Shown one piece after another: positions 29,026-39,237 of a stretch of 64,000 bases of DNA (position 1 is its first letter; each line of letters starts with the position of its first letter). Source of the stretch: an uncultured Candidatus Saccharibacteria bacterium. GTDB taxonomy: Bacteria > Patescibacteriota > Dojkabacteria > SC72. Below the pieces are notes generated by a model. It had not been told where the DNA came from. It made no database searches and saw only the letters and a program-made list of their open reading frames with translations. Position numbers and translations under genes: made by a program. The stretch spans positions 45,599 through 109,598 of the forward strand of contig CAZSUV010000001.1 in the NCBI GenBank assembly GCA_964610125.1, given 5' to 3'.

Positions 29026-30462
29026 TTATTGTGCTAACTGAATTGCTTTTCCAAGTAATATTGTAACATCTTCGCCGTTTAAATTGTTGGTGATGAATTC
29101 TGGTTTAGTCTTGTTTGTAATATTCAATGTTGTAGCAAATTCATCTACAGTAGCCGTGAACTCATTTTCTGTATGGGTATATATATATGTTTCTTCTTTG
29201 TCAGAGTAGAGTGTGCCTTTGTATATGATATTTAAGTAAGGGTACTGTATCCTTAGCGCTTGAACTTTTTTTGAAGCTTCTGTACTTCCTAATCCTGTAT
29301 TGTAAACATATATTCTTGCATCTTCGCTATAGAGCTCAGGATTGGATGAGATAAAATCAATATATTCATTAATATCAGTATATTTCCCGAAGCCGAGAGT
29401 GGGAGCTGAACCATCGGAGGCAATGATCTGAGAATTTGCAACTTGGGGGTCTAAGACAAATGAATAGGCATGTCCATTATTATCATTAAATTTCTTTGCA
29501 AGGTTTAGTCCGGCTTGTACATCACTGATTGTAAATTCTGAAACTTTGATATTATCAGCTATTGAAGAAATAATTCCCATTATAGCTTTAGGACTTGTAA
29601 GAGTAGAGGAACTTAAGATTTTATTCTTCACAGCCATAACTACATTTTGCTGTCTTCTAGCTCTTCCATAATCTAATCCATCTTGTGCAGAGTGTCTAGA
29701 GCGAGCATATTCTAATGCTGTGATTCCGTCCATATGTTGAATACCTGCTTTAAATGAAACGGTTTTCCAAAATCCACAACCAATTCCAATTGGGCCACAA
29801 GTGGTGTGTCCTGCGGGATCTCCTTTTATAGCAGGATAGTATGAATCTGTAAATGTTGTTTCTACATTTACATCTATTCCCCCAAGGGTATCGATTATTT
29901 CTGTAAATGCTTCAAAATTTACCATTGCATAGTATTGAATCTCTGTTCCTGTTACTTCTTCAACAGTTCTTTGTAACTCTTTTAATCCTGCAGTGTCGTC
30001 TCCGTCTCTGGTAAATGCATATACCGCATTTATTTTGTCATACCAATTAGATTTGTCACCAATTTCTACTTTGAAATCTCTTGGAATGGAAATCATAGTA
30101 ATATCGTTAGTATCATAGTTATAAGAAACTTCGATGATAGTGTCCGTATTTAATCCTCCAGAATCGGGTCTTGTGTCAATTCCAATTATTAAGAAGTTAG
30201 TTTGTTTTCCAGAGGAATCTTTTTTAAGTTCGGGTTCAACATTATTAAATGAAAAAGAACCAGAGTCTATCTTCAATCCTATCTTTTGAAATATAGCTAA
30301 GCCTTTAAATACTCCGAATATTATTCCTGCTAATATGACTACAACTATTCCTAGGATTAGAAATATAACCCATTTCTTTTTTTTCTTAGGTTCTTCTATC
30401 TGAAGCTTTGGTTTTGGAGCTGTTATCTCCTTTTCATCTATATTATTCATTTCAATAGTCAT
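29026..30462 (-). CDS. LytR-CpsA-Psr (LCP) family cell-wall polymer phosphotransferase
   Basis: N-terminal TM, then NFLIIGIDTRPDSGGLNTDTIIEVSY...MISIPRDF core LCP motif. Confidence 0.75.
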   Translation of the reverse strand: MTIEMNNIDEKEITAPKPKLQIEEPKKKKKWVIFLILGIVVVILAGIIFGVFKGLAIFQKIGLKIDSGSFSFNNVEPELKKDSSGKQTNFLIIGIDTRPDSGGLNTDTIIEVSYNYDTNDITMISIPRDFKVEIGDKSNWYDKINAVYAFTRDGDDTAGLKELQRTVEEVTGTEIQYYAMVNFEAFTEIIDTLGGIDVNVETTFTDSYYPAIKGDPAGHTTCGPIGIGCGFWKTVSFKAGIQHMDGITALEYARSRHSAQDGLDYGRARRQQNVVMAVKNKILSSSTLTSPKAIMGIISSIADNIKVSEFTISDVQAGLNLAKKFNDNNGHAYSFVLDPQVANSQIIASDGSAPTLGFGKYTDINEYIDFISSNPELYSEDARIYVYNTGLGSTEASKKVQALRIQYPYLNIIYKGTLYSDKEETYIYTHTENEFTATVDEFATTLNITNKTKPEFITNNLNGEDVTILLGKAIQLAQ

Positions 30463-30480
30463 AGCGGGGCAGGACTAAAA

Positions 30481-31470
30481 TTATCTAAGATACTGATTTA
30501 CATTGTTGTTATGTTCTGCTGCTGTTCTGGCATAGTGCATAACCCCAGTTAGATCACTAATGAAGTAATAGTATGTTGAGTTTACAGGATTTCTTGCAGC
30601 ATTTATGGATTCTAGACCTGGATTGCAAATAGGAGTAGGTGGGAACCCTGCCACAATTCGAGTATTGTATGGATTATTAGCTTTCAAGTCAGCATCTGTA
30701 ATCTTGCTTTCATCCCAAGTCTTAAGATAGTAAAGAATTGTAGTATCTAGCCCTAGTTGCCATCCTTCATTGTACCTTTTTAGTATTATTCCGGTTATCA
30801 TTGCCCTATCGGTTGCTGTTCTACCTTCTTTTTCAGCCAAACTAGCTAAGATAATTGTTTGATATGAGTCATTTACTCCAACCTTAGTCTTAAATGTTCC
30901 AACAAGTCTAGTAGCTATATCTTTTTCAGTAACATCTGATGCAAATGCATATTTGTCAGGGAAGAGATATCCTTCCAAATCTTTAACATCTGAGTTTAAT
31001 CCAAATGTAGCTATGAAAGTTTGGTCTGTAGTTAAAGCTAAGAATGTATCTTTTGAGAATGTCGCTCCAATATTCTTTACTAATATATCTGCAATTTCAT
31101 CCTTTCTTAAACCTTCCGGTATTGTTACCCATATTTCTTGATCTTTACCGTTTTGTAATGTTTGGAAGATTTCAATAATATTTAAATTCTTAGGAATATT
31201 GTATGTCCCAGCTTGTAATTTGGAAGCAAGTTTGTTTAATCTAAGATATATTTTGGAATAGTTGACCCAATTAGGATTGATCAATCCTTGATCTACTAGA
31301 GACTGTAATATATCTGGAGCGGATTCACCATCTGCGATTGTTAATACTACTTTGTCAGAGCTTTCACTATTTGCTGTTTTTAACGCATGTGTGTAATCAA
31401 GCTTGATGATTACTCCAGCGATGACTACGGTTATTAATGCGAGGAGAAAAATTCTTACAATACTCTTCAT
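30481..31470 (-). CDS. mltG: endolytic murein transglycosylase MltG (YceG-like)
   Basis: N-terminal TM; YNTRIVAGFPPTPICNPGLESINAARNP matches the YceG signature. Confidence 0.8.
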   Translation of the reverse strand: MKSIVRIFLLALITVVIAGVIIKLDYTHALKTANSESSDKVVLTIADGESAPDILQSLVDQGLINPNWVNYSKIYLRLNKLASKLQAGTYNIPKNLNIIEIFQTLQNGKDQEIWVTIPEGLRKDEIADILVKNIGATFSKDTFLALTTDQTFIATFGLNSDVKDLEGYLFPDKYAFASDVTEKDIATRLVGTFKTKVGVNDSYQTIILASLAEKEGRTATDRAMITGIILKRYNEGWQLGLDTTILYYLKTWDESKITDADLKANNPYNTRIVAGFPPTPICNPGLESINAARNPVNSTYYYFISDLTGVMHYARTAAEHNNNVNQYLR

Positions 31471-31474
31471 TTAT

Positions 31475-31903
31475 CTAGTGTTTTGAATTTAAAAATTCTT
31501 GTAAAAATACTGTTGCTGCTATTTTGTCTATCTTGTTCCTGAATCCTTTTGTGTTCTGTCCTGAAGATATTAACATATTTTCTGCTGAAGTTGTAGAAAA
31601 ACTTTCGTCGTACAGAATGATTGGTAGATCAGTGTTTTCTTTGAGTTTATATTCGAATTGGGTGACATGTTTTTGAGTTGTATTGTGCTTCTCTATGAAG
31701 GCTTGTGGGTATCCTAAAAGGATTGTTTTTACTCTGTATTCTTCACAGATTTCCAATATCTGTTTAATGATATCTGTTTGTCCATGATGTTCGGTTATGG
31801 ATAATACTTCTAAGGGGGATGCTATGATTCCCTTTGAATCGGATATTGCTAATCCGAAGTGTTTTTTCCCGTAATCTATGGCTAGGATTGGGTATTCAAT
31901 CAT
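31475..31903 (-). CDS. ruvX: Holliday junction resolvase-like RuvX/YqgF
   Basis: ILAIDYGKKHFGLAISD at the N-terminus; 142 aa. Confidence 0.8.
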   Translation of the reverse strand: MIEYPILAIDYGKKHFGLAISDSKGIIASPLEVLSITEHHGQTDIIKQILEICEEYRVKTILLGYPQAFIEKHNTTQKHVTQFEYKLKENTDLPIILYDESFSTTSAENMLISSGQNTKGFRNKIDKIAATVFLQEFLNSKH

Positions 31904-31904
31904 A

Positions 31905-33653
31905 TTATTCTAATACAGCTTTAATTCTTTTAATTCCTGCTGCTACATTTTCTTGTTTGGAGATTTTGAATTTTCCTAGTTCCTTGGTATTGGATACGTG
32001 TGGTCCGTTACAGATTTCAACAGAGTAGGGGTTTGTTTTTTCTCCAATGGTATATACCTTTACGATATCTCCATATTTTTCAGAGAATGCTGCAAATGGT
32101 ACCATCTTTAAGGCTTCTTTCTTAGGTAACTCTTCATATGTTATTGGTAAGGCTTTTTGTATTTGTTCATTTATCATTTCTTCTACTTGTTTTACTTGTT
32201 CTGGGGTTAGTTTGTTGTCAGATGGATAGTCAAATCTTAATCGTTCTGGAGTAATATTACTTCCTTTCTGGTATACCTGATCTCCCAAGATCTTTCTTAA
32301 TGTTGCAAGGAGTAAGTGAGTAGTTGTGTGATATTTAGTAGACATATCCGAGGTATCTGCGAGTCCACCTTTAAACATTCCTGCAGATGAGGTTCGAGAG
32401 AGTTCTTGATGCTTTTTCTGAGCCTCTTCGAATTCTTTCTCCAAATCAACAGCTTTAAATCCAATGCCTTTTTCGTTTAAAACTTCGGATGTAATCTCTA
32501 CAGGGATTCCATAGGTTTCGTAAAGTTGGAAGGCATCTTCCCCAGAAAGCTCCATTCTTAGTGATAGCTTTTTATCCAATTCCTTTAATCCATTCTCCAA
32601 TGTCTTACTAAATTTCTTCTCTTCTTCTTCCAATATATTTAATATTCTTTCTCTATCTGTTTCCAATTGAGAATATATTGGTGAGAACTGTTGTATAGCT
32701 ATCTCTCCAACTTTTCTAGTAAACAATCCCTCAATACCTAACTTCCGACCATGTCGTATAGCTCTTCTAATAATTCTTCTTAAAATATATCCTTGCTCAT
32801 TCCTACTAGGTTCTACACCATCCATAATCATCCATGTAGCAGCCTTAATATGGTCAGTGATAATTCTTTGAGAAACTAATATATCATTCTTGCCAAGTGA
32901 TTTAACTAAATCAAAGATTGGTTTGTAAATATCTGTGTCGTAGAAGCTATCTACTCCTTGAGATATACAAGCCAATCTATCCAATCCTCCACCAAAATCT
33001 ACATTATGTCTTCCCAATGGTCTGTATTCATTTCCAACCTTAAGATATTCCATGAACACATTATTTCCAATTTCAACTAGCTCACCATTAATTTCATAGA
33101 AGATTTCTGAGTCAGGACCACATGGCCCACCAGTTGCTAATTCCCACCAATTATCATCTTTGCCTTTTTCTAATATCTTTTCTCCAACCTTTGCATCAAT
33201 ACCATACTCTTTGAAAAGGTTCGTCCATATCTCTATGGATTCTGTATCCTTTGGAGAAGTATCATCACCTTTGAAAACAGTTGCATATATTCTGTTAATA
33301 TCAAATCCTAATTCTTCAACAAAAAATCTTAATGTTAAACCAATAGCTTCTTGCTTAAAATAGTCATTTAGAGACCAGTTTCCCAACATTTCAAATGTAG
33401 TACAGTGATATGCATCTCCAACACCATCGATATCTATAGTTCTAACACATCTTTGTGAATCTACTAATCTTGTACCCTTAGGATGAGTTTCTCCTTGTAA
33501 AAATGGTACCAATGGAAACATTCCAGCATTAACAAAAAGCACAGAAGGATCATTCTCTGGTACGAGTGGAGCACTAGGTATCTCTTGGTGATTATTCTTT
33601 TTGAAATATTCAATATATTTTTCCCTTATTTCTTTGTATGAAAATGTATTCAT
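31905..33653 (-). CDS. alaS: alanine--tRNA ligase (short form: catalytic plus editing domains, no C-Ala domain)
   Basis: VLFVNAGMFPLVPF (class II motif), editing-domain HTTTHLLLATLRKILG; 582 aa. Confidence 0.8.
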   Translation of the reverse strand: MNTFSYKEIREKYIEYFKKNNHQEIPSAPLVPENDPSVLFVNAGMFPLVPFLQGETHPKGTRLVDSQRCVRTIDIDGVGDAYHCTTFEMLGNWSLNDYFKQEAIGLTLRFFVEELGFDINRIYATVFKGDDTSPKDTESIEIWTNLFKEYGIDAKVGEKILEKGKDDNWWELATGGPCGPDSEIFYEINGELVEIGNNVFMEYLKVGNEYRPLGRHNVDFGGGLDRLACISQGVDSFYDTDIYKPIFDLVKSLGKNDILVSQRIITDHIKAATWMIMDGVEPSRNEQGYILRRIIRRAIRHGRKLGIEGLFTRKVGEIAIQQFSPIYSQLETDRERILNILEEEEKKFSKTLENGLKELDKKLSLRMELSGEDAFQLYETYGIPVEITSEVLNEKGIGFKAVDLEKEFEEAQKKHQELSRTSSAGMFKGGLADTSDMSTKYHTTTHLLLATLRKILGDQVYQKGSNITPERLRFDYPSDNKLTPEQVKQVEEMINEQIQKALPITYEELPKKEALKMVPFAAFSEKYGDIVKVYTIGEKTNPYSVEICNGPHVSNTKELGKFKISKQENVAAGIKRIKAVLE

Positions 33654-33686
33654 AAGGGAGATTATATCAATTTAAGCATACAGAAT

Positions 33687-35852
33687 CTATTCCTTGGTTG
33701 TTGATGCTTCTTCTTGTTCTACCTGTTGTATTTGTTCATATATTGAAGCTAAGTCTTCTCCAACATTTAGATCTACATTTAGATCTGGTTCTGGTGGAGT
33801 AGGAGGAGTATTTTCAACTACAGGAGTAGTAGGAGCAATATTTTCTTCTGCTTGGATTGGAGCTGGTTCTTCAGCTGGAATTGGTTTTGGAGTAGGTGTT
33901 GGAACAACTACTTCTTTCTCTACCACAGGTTCAGGAACTATTTCCTCTTTCACTGGTTCTGGTGTAACTTCTTCAACAACTGGTTCTGGTTCAACTGCAA
34001 CCTCTTCGATTGGTTCAGGAATAGGATCAACCTTTGGTTCCTCTACAGGAATTGGAGTTTGTATAGTCATTGTAGATTCCTTTGGAACAGGAGCAGCATA
34101 GTTATCCCAAACATCTGTAGTTGGTTTTGCTTCTTCAACAGGTGTCTCTACTAAACTTGTTACTTCTGATTCAGTCGGTGTAAATGCAGGAATAGGTTCC
34201 GTAGGAAGAGTAGGAATATATCCACCATTCTGTGGAGCATCCTCTTGTTTGTACTGCTCTTCTTTCCAGACCTTAAATATGATTATTGGCGCTACTATTG
34301 CTGCAATGATTACTAATATTCCAACACCAATGATTATTAATGTCCTCTGACTTATCTCCATTCCCAATATCTTTACATATCCCTCAGCCACAGTTTCATC
34401 GGATTGAATTGTAAATGTCCAAGACTTAGTTACAGATTTACCATTGGAATCTTCAAAATATATCTCCATCTTGTGTAATCCAGTAGTAAGATCTTCTGAA
34501 GGTTGATATATGATTGTATGTTCATGATCAGAGATCTGGTTGATGCTTACATCACTACTTACATCCTTGTCATCAAGCTTTACTAATATACTTTCCTCAT
34601 CTATGGTTGCATTAGTTCCCGCAATTATGGTTGCTTTGGTTGTAACCTGTTTGTTCTGAACAGTATCCGTACTGTTTGGAGACATATTTATGACTTGTGG
34701 ATCAGCTATGACCACAACATCATCCTCAACTGGTTTTGTAGAAGTTCCACTTACAACTATCTCTGGTGAAAGCCCAATACCTGTTAATGAAGGACTCTGG
34801 TTGTCGCTAGCTCTAAGGATTGCTTTGTAATTACCTGGTTCTAAGTTAGTAGTATCTATGATGTATGATGTCGTCTTTGAAGAAATATTGTTGTTGATCA
34901 TTACCCAATCAGTTTGATCAGTTGGATTTTGACTTACATACAACTCATACTTAGTTATTTCATTTAAATCAGTTGCTTCCCATGATATTTTCAAGGATTG
35001 GCCTCTGTCTACTCTTGTACTCGAAACAGGCGAGAGAACTTTAACATTTGGAATATCATTGGTTGCAGGACTTACACTTACTACCCAAGTCTGTGAGGCT
35101 AAGTGCTTACTGTATCCATCATGAATGAATACATTAGCAAGGTAGCTTGCAGGAGTATCTGTTGAACCTTGGAATTTGATTGTTAATTTACCATTAGAAC
35201 CATCTTCAATGATTGTTGGTTTTAACCATGTAGCCCCTGGGGTGAATGAGTAACTGTAGTTAATATGGTCACCATCAATATCTAATGCAGTAAGGGTATA
35301 TTCATACACTATTCCTGTCTTGATATCTTGTGATGGCTTGGATCCTGCTGGAACAGATGTAAATTCAGGGATCAAGTTGCTAGTCATAGCTTTCAAACCT
35401 AGAATGTCATATTCACTACTGATTTTACATGCTACACTTCCACCTCCAACTTTAGAGATGAGACCTAGCATATCTACAGTTCCAGATTTCATTGGTGTAA
35501 ATTTGAAGCTAGTAGCAAGTGAAGTAGGGGATTTGGTAAATTCTTCAGTATGGATTGTATTTCCCGTCGAGTCAGTTATTTTTAATGAAGCAATTCCAGC
35601 ATCTTTTAACGTAGCATCTACCTGGATTGTAATCTCTTTCCCAACCTCTAAGGTATATGGATTAACATTTGGAAGAGATATGACGCAAGGGTTTTCATCA
35701 CTAACAGTAATGCTATCAAAAGCCATATTTCGGATATCAAATGACCCATTTATGACTCCCCATGTGACTAAAGGTATTGAGAGCAACAAAAAGAATGTGG
35801 AATATATTACAAAAAGTGACTTGGTTTTTCGTGGGGCATTTCGAATCTTCAT
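33687..35852 (-). CDS. large bitopic surface protein: signal peptide, ~490-aa extracellular beta-rich region, single TM, ~190-aa Pro/Glu/Val-rich cytoplasmic tail
   Basis: N-terminal signal LFVIYSTFFLLLSIPLVTWG; TM helix LIIIGVGILVIIAAIVAPIIIF then KVWKEE; tail contains APTTPVVENTPPT. Confidence 0.6.
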   Translation of the reverse strand: MKIRNAPRKTKSLFVIYSTFFLLLSIPLVTWGVINGSFDIRNMAFDSITVSDENPCVISLPNVNPYTLEVGKEITIQVDATLKDAGIASLKITDSTGNTIHTEEFTKSPTSLATSFKFTPMKSGTVDMLGLISKVGGGSVACKISSEYDILGLKAMTSNLIPEFTSVPAGSKPSQDIKTGIVYEYTLTALDIDGDHINYSYSFTPGATWLKPTIIEDGSNGKLTIKFQGSTDTPASYLANVFIHDGYSKHLASQTWVVSVSPATNDIPNVKVLSPVSSTRVDRGQSLKISWEATDLNEITKYELYVSQNPTDQTDWVMINNNISSKTTSYIIDTTNLEPGNYKAILRASDNQSPSLTGIGLSPEIVVSGTSTKPVEDDVVVIADPQVINMSPNSTDTVQNKQVTTKATIIAGTNATIDEESILVKLDDKDVSSDVSINQISDHEHTIIYQPSEDLTTGLHKMEIYFEDSNGKSVTKSWTFTIQSDETVAEGYVKILGMEISQRTLIIIGVGILVIIAAIVAPIIIFKVWKEEQYKQEDAPQNGGYIPTLPTEPIPAFTPTESEVTSLVETPVEEAKPTTDVWDNYAAPVPKESTMTIQTPIPVEEPKVDPIPEPIEEVAVEPEPVVEEVTPEPVKEEIVPEPVVEKEVVVPTPTPKPIPAEEPAPIQAEENIAPTTPVVENTPPTPPEPDLNVDLNVGEDLASIYEQIQQVEQEEASTTKE

Positions 35853-35869
35853 TGTATATATAATAAGCG

Positions 35870-37219
35870 TTATTTGTTGGTTTGTGCAAGTTGATTATTA
35901 ATATCTGTCTCTGCCTTCTTTAATGCAGTCTGAGTATCTTCACCATCTTCAACTATGCTAGTTATTGCTTCATTTAAAGTAGCCTTTACGAATGATTCAT
36001 CACCCATCTGCCATGAGATCATTTTGGGAGCAGAGGTTGCAAGTGCAGCGCCGTATGAATTTGTGGCTAATTCTGCATTTAATTCTACCAATGAATATGG
36101 CTCTCCAAATGCTCTGATCTTTGCAGCATTTGAATACAAAGTTTTTTGTTGTTCTTTTTGAGCTAAGAAGGCTACAAAATCCCAAGCCGCTTTTGGATTT
36201 GCACTATTCTTACTTACGGCTTCTGCCCAATATGTAGAGTAGTAGATTGGATCCTCATTAGCAGAAAGCTGAGGAAGAGTTGCCATTCCAAATTCAATTG
36301 TTGGTGCTGACTGGATTATCTCAAATGCTCTCCAACTTGGAGCTATAAACATTGCGAGTTTGCCTTGGAAGAACATGTTTAAATCTGTACCTAGGCTTGA
36401 ATCCCAGGTTGCATCTTTACCTGAAGCGAAGCTAATATATGTATCCATAACGCTTTCTGCGCTGGTGGTATTTAAAGTTACAGCGGTTTTGGTTTCATCA
36501 ATAATATCGATACCTTGAGAAAGCATTAAGAAAGAGAGTATTTCTGCTGCATGACTTACATTTTTAGATGTCCCCATAGCCAATCCTGCTTGTGTGATTT
36601 TCCCTGTTGTAGATTTCTTTGTTAATTTTTGTGCTAGTTCTACGAATGAATCCCAATCTGTTGGAGTGGTAGTTACACCTGCGGTTGCGAGTAGTTGTTT
36701 GTTGTAGAATACGACCAATCCGTCTATTTCCAATGGCATTGCATATATGTTTCCATCTTTTGCAGTTAAATCTGCTGTAGCGGTTGGGTAGAATGTTGAG
36801 GCATATTTTTCTTTTGTCATTACTGTTGAAGGTAGCGCGTAGAGATATTTGTAGTACTTTGGAATCCATGTATTATGGATTCTGAAGATATCTGGAGCTG
36901 GTTCAGAGGAGGTAGTTGATTGTTGTAGGCGTGTGTAAAGTCTACTCTCGTAATTGGTATATGTCTGCTGAGAGTAGAGGATAGTAACGCCTTTGTGGGC
37001 TGATTCATACTCATCTATTAGGGGTTGCATTACTGTTGATGGTTCCCAAAGTCCCCAATATACCAATTCTCCAGTCCCAACATCCGATGTATTATCATTA
37101 TTCTTGCTATTTGCATTCACTAGAAGTATTACAACAGTTGTAACTACAACTACAATTAACGCTATGAAGCCGAGTAGTAAGAAAGTCTTTTTCTTAGGGT
37201 CTATGGTCTTAAAATCCAT
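35870..37219 (-). CDS. ABC transporter extracellular solute-binding protein (family 1, carbohydrate-type)
   Basis: N-terminal TM/signal; VYWGLWEPSTVMQPLIDEYE... is typical of MalE-like SBPs; 449 aa. Confidence 0.6.
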   Translation of the reverse strand: MDFKTIDPKKKTFLLLGFIALIVVVVTTVVILLVNANSKNNDNTSDVGTGELVYWGLWEPSTVMQPLIDEYESAHKGVTILYSQQTYTNYESRLYTRLQQSTTSSEPAPDIFRIHNTWIPKYYKYLYALPSTVMTKEKYASTFYPTATADLTAKDGNIYAMPLEIDGLVVFYNKQLLATAGVTTTPTDWDSFVELAQKLTKKSTTGKITQAGLAMGTSKNVSHAAEILSFLMLSQGIDIIDETKTAVTLNTTSAESVMDTYISFASGKDATWDSSLGTDLNMFFQGKLAMFIAPSWRAFEIIQSAPTIEFGMATLPQLSANEDPIYYSTYWAEAVSKNSANPKAAWDFVAFLAQKEQQKTLYSNAAKIRAFGEPYSLVELNAELATNSYGAALATSAPKMISWQMGDESFVKATLNEAITSIVEDGEDTQTALKKAETDINNQLAQTNK

Positions 37220-37239
37220 TATTGTTTGTATTTAAAATT

Positions 37240-38034
37240 TTAAATCTGTCTTTCAGCGACTACTATTAATCTCTTTGTCCCAATCCCGAGTGGCCAACAT
37301 GTCATCATTGTTATTGTTTCTTTGTTATTTTGTGATTCTAGTATGGAAAAATCATCAGGAGAAACAATCTTTTTACTTCTTACGATATATTTTAATACCT
37401 TCTCATCTTTTTTAATATCTACTTCTTGCCCAATATCTATATTACCCAATCTAGAGAAGATTGTCTCGGGTAAGTTTTGGTGGCTGTCAAAGAAGCTTTC
37501 TACCGCACTATGGCCATATATGAAGGCATTGCCTCCATCTCCTGGAAGTGGGGTTCCTTTGAAATGTGCTAATCCTTGCTTGAGGTATTGGTTGTATACC
37601 TTCTCGTTATAGCTATCTACATTTGCCGATATTTTAATATTCGCTATCCCTATACTTGCAATATCGATATACATTGGTTTGTCATATTCCTTGTTAACAA
37701 CAATATCCTTCTGTGTTTGTGTTACTGGATCGTAATATTGTGAATCTGATACATTTCCTAACTGTTGTGAGAGGTTTGCAAAGTAGCTTTTGCCGGGATC
37801 GTAGTAGGCGAGTTGGGATTCAATATATGTTTGGTATGATTCGGGGACTGGTTCTACCTTTGAATCTGCTCTTGCTTGTTCAATCATTCCATCGATATAT
37901 GACTTTGCTAGAGGGATTACTTGACTCAATATGATTATGAGGCCAATTACAGCTAGTACTACAGAAATATATATTCTTGTTTTTTTTACTTTGGTTTGGC
38001 TTTCGGTTTGTATGTTCCAATCGGGATTTTGCAT
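37240..38034 (-). CDS. sortase (transpeptidase)
   Basis: N-terminal TM; active-site His in NAFIYGHSA; catalytic Cys in ITMMTCWP (TLxTC-like); Arg in TKRLIVVAERQI. Confidence 0.75.
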   Translation of the reverse strand: MQNPDWNIQTESQTKVKKTRIYISVVLAVIGLIIILSQVIPLAKSYIDGMIEQARADSKVEPVPESYQTYIESQLAYYDPGKSYFANLSQQLGNVSDSQYYDPVTQTQKDIVVNKEYDKPMYIDIASIGIANIKISANVDSYNEKVYNQYLKQGLAHFKGTPLPGDGGNAFIYGHSAVESFFDSHQNLPETIFSRLGNIDIGQEVDIKKDEKVLKYIVRSKKIVSPDDFSILESQNNKETITMMTCWPLGIGTKRLIVVAERQI

Positions 38035-38114
38035 AACGATATATTACCAGATTTAAAGGACAATTGGAGGACACCTCTAGCAAATTGAAATGGCGTTTGC
38101 TAAAATACTTGGCT

Positions 38115-39212
38115 ATGGAAAAACGAGATTACTATGAAGTATTAGGTGTAGACAAAAAGGCTACTCAAACAGAGCTTAAAAAGGCTTACAGAAACCTTGT
38201 TAAGAAATATCATCCTGATTCTAACAAAGATGATGGCGCTGAAGAAAAGTTTAAAGAAGTTCAAGAGGCATATGAGGTACTTTCGGATGAGTCTAAGCGT
38301 TCTGCATATGATCAGTATGGTCATGCGGGTACTGCTGGTTTTAATCCTGGGGCTGGTGGATATTCTGATTTTAGTGGTTTTGATGGTAATACTCCTTTTG
38401 ATATGGGGGATATTTTTAATTCTTTCTTTGGTGGAGGTAATAGCGGTTTTGATTTTGGATTTGGTAATTCTTCTGGTAGAAGACAAGCACAGGGTGGTGC
38501 AGATATTCGTTACAGAGTGAGATTGAAATTTGATGAGGCTATGGAGGGTGGTGAGTATGAGATTAAGGTTCAGAGGGATGAGACTTGTGAGCATTGTGAG
38601 GGTACTGGTAGTGAGGATGGTAAGGTTGAGACTTGTTCTGCGTGTCATGGGTCTGGTCAGGAGAGGCAGGTTAGAAACACGATACTAGGTCAGATTGCTG
38701 TTATGGGTGTGTGTTCTAAGTGTAAGGGTACTGGTAAGAGCATTAAGAATGAGTGTAAGGTTTGTGGCGGTTCTGGTGTTAATGCTACTTCTGAGAAGGT
38801 TAAGGTGAAGATTCCTGCGGGTGCATATGATGGTATGATTTTGAGATTTAGAGGTGGTGGAAATGCGGGTAACAATGGTAGTGCTCATGGGGATTTGTAT
38901 GTAGAGATTGAGGTTGAGACTTCTTCTAAGTTTGAGAGAAGAGGTAATGATATTTATTCTGATGTTGATATTCCTATTCATATGGCGGTATTGGGTGGCA
39001 AGGTTGATGTTGATACTGTTGCTGGGAATGTGGTTTTAAAGATTCCTAATGGTACTCAATCTGGGTCTATATTTAGATTAAAGGGTAAGGGTGCATATAT
39101 TTTGAATGGTGAGGGTAAGAGAGGGGATCATTATGTGAGGATAAATATACATGTACCTGCTAGATTGAACAGGAAAGAGAAAGAATTGTGGGAGGAGTTG
39201 AGTAAGGTTTAA
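38115..39212 (+). CDS. dnaJ: chaperone DnaJ
   Basis: J-domain DYYEVLGV...[14 protein letters not shown], Gly/Phe-rich region, four CxxCxGxG zinc-finger repeats. Start moved to the ATG at 38115 within the 38064 ORF. Coding strand is strikingly G+T-rich and C-poor. Confidence 0.9.
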   Translation: MEKRDYYEVLGVDKKATQTELKKAYRNLVKKYHPDSNKDDGAEEKFKEVQEAYEVLSDESKRSAYDQYGHAGTAGFNPGAGGYSDFSGFDGNTPFDMGDIFNSFFGGGNSGFDFGFGNSSGRRQAQGGADIRYRVRLKFDEAMEGGEYEIKVQRDETCEHCEGTGSEDGKVETCSACHGSGQERQVRNTILGQIAVMGVCSKCKGTGKSIKNECKVCGGSGVNATSEKVKVKIPAGAYDGMILRFRGGGNAGNNGSAHGDLYVEIEVETSSKFERRGNDIYSDVDIPIHMAVLGGKVDVDTVAGNVVLKIPNGTQSGSIFRLKGKGAYILNGEGKRGDHYVRINIHVPARLNRKEKELWEELSKV

Positions 39213-39237
39213 TTCTACCTTGTGATATACTTTTTGT

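Noticed and set aside
38142-38981. Minus-strand ORFs of 168, 98 and 61 aa inside dnaJ
   Set aside because: Antisense to a high-confidence DnaJ with J-domain and zinc fingers. Their low-complexity T/L/S/I-rich translations arise from the G+T-rich coding strand.
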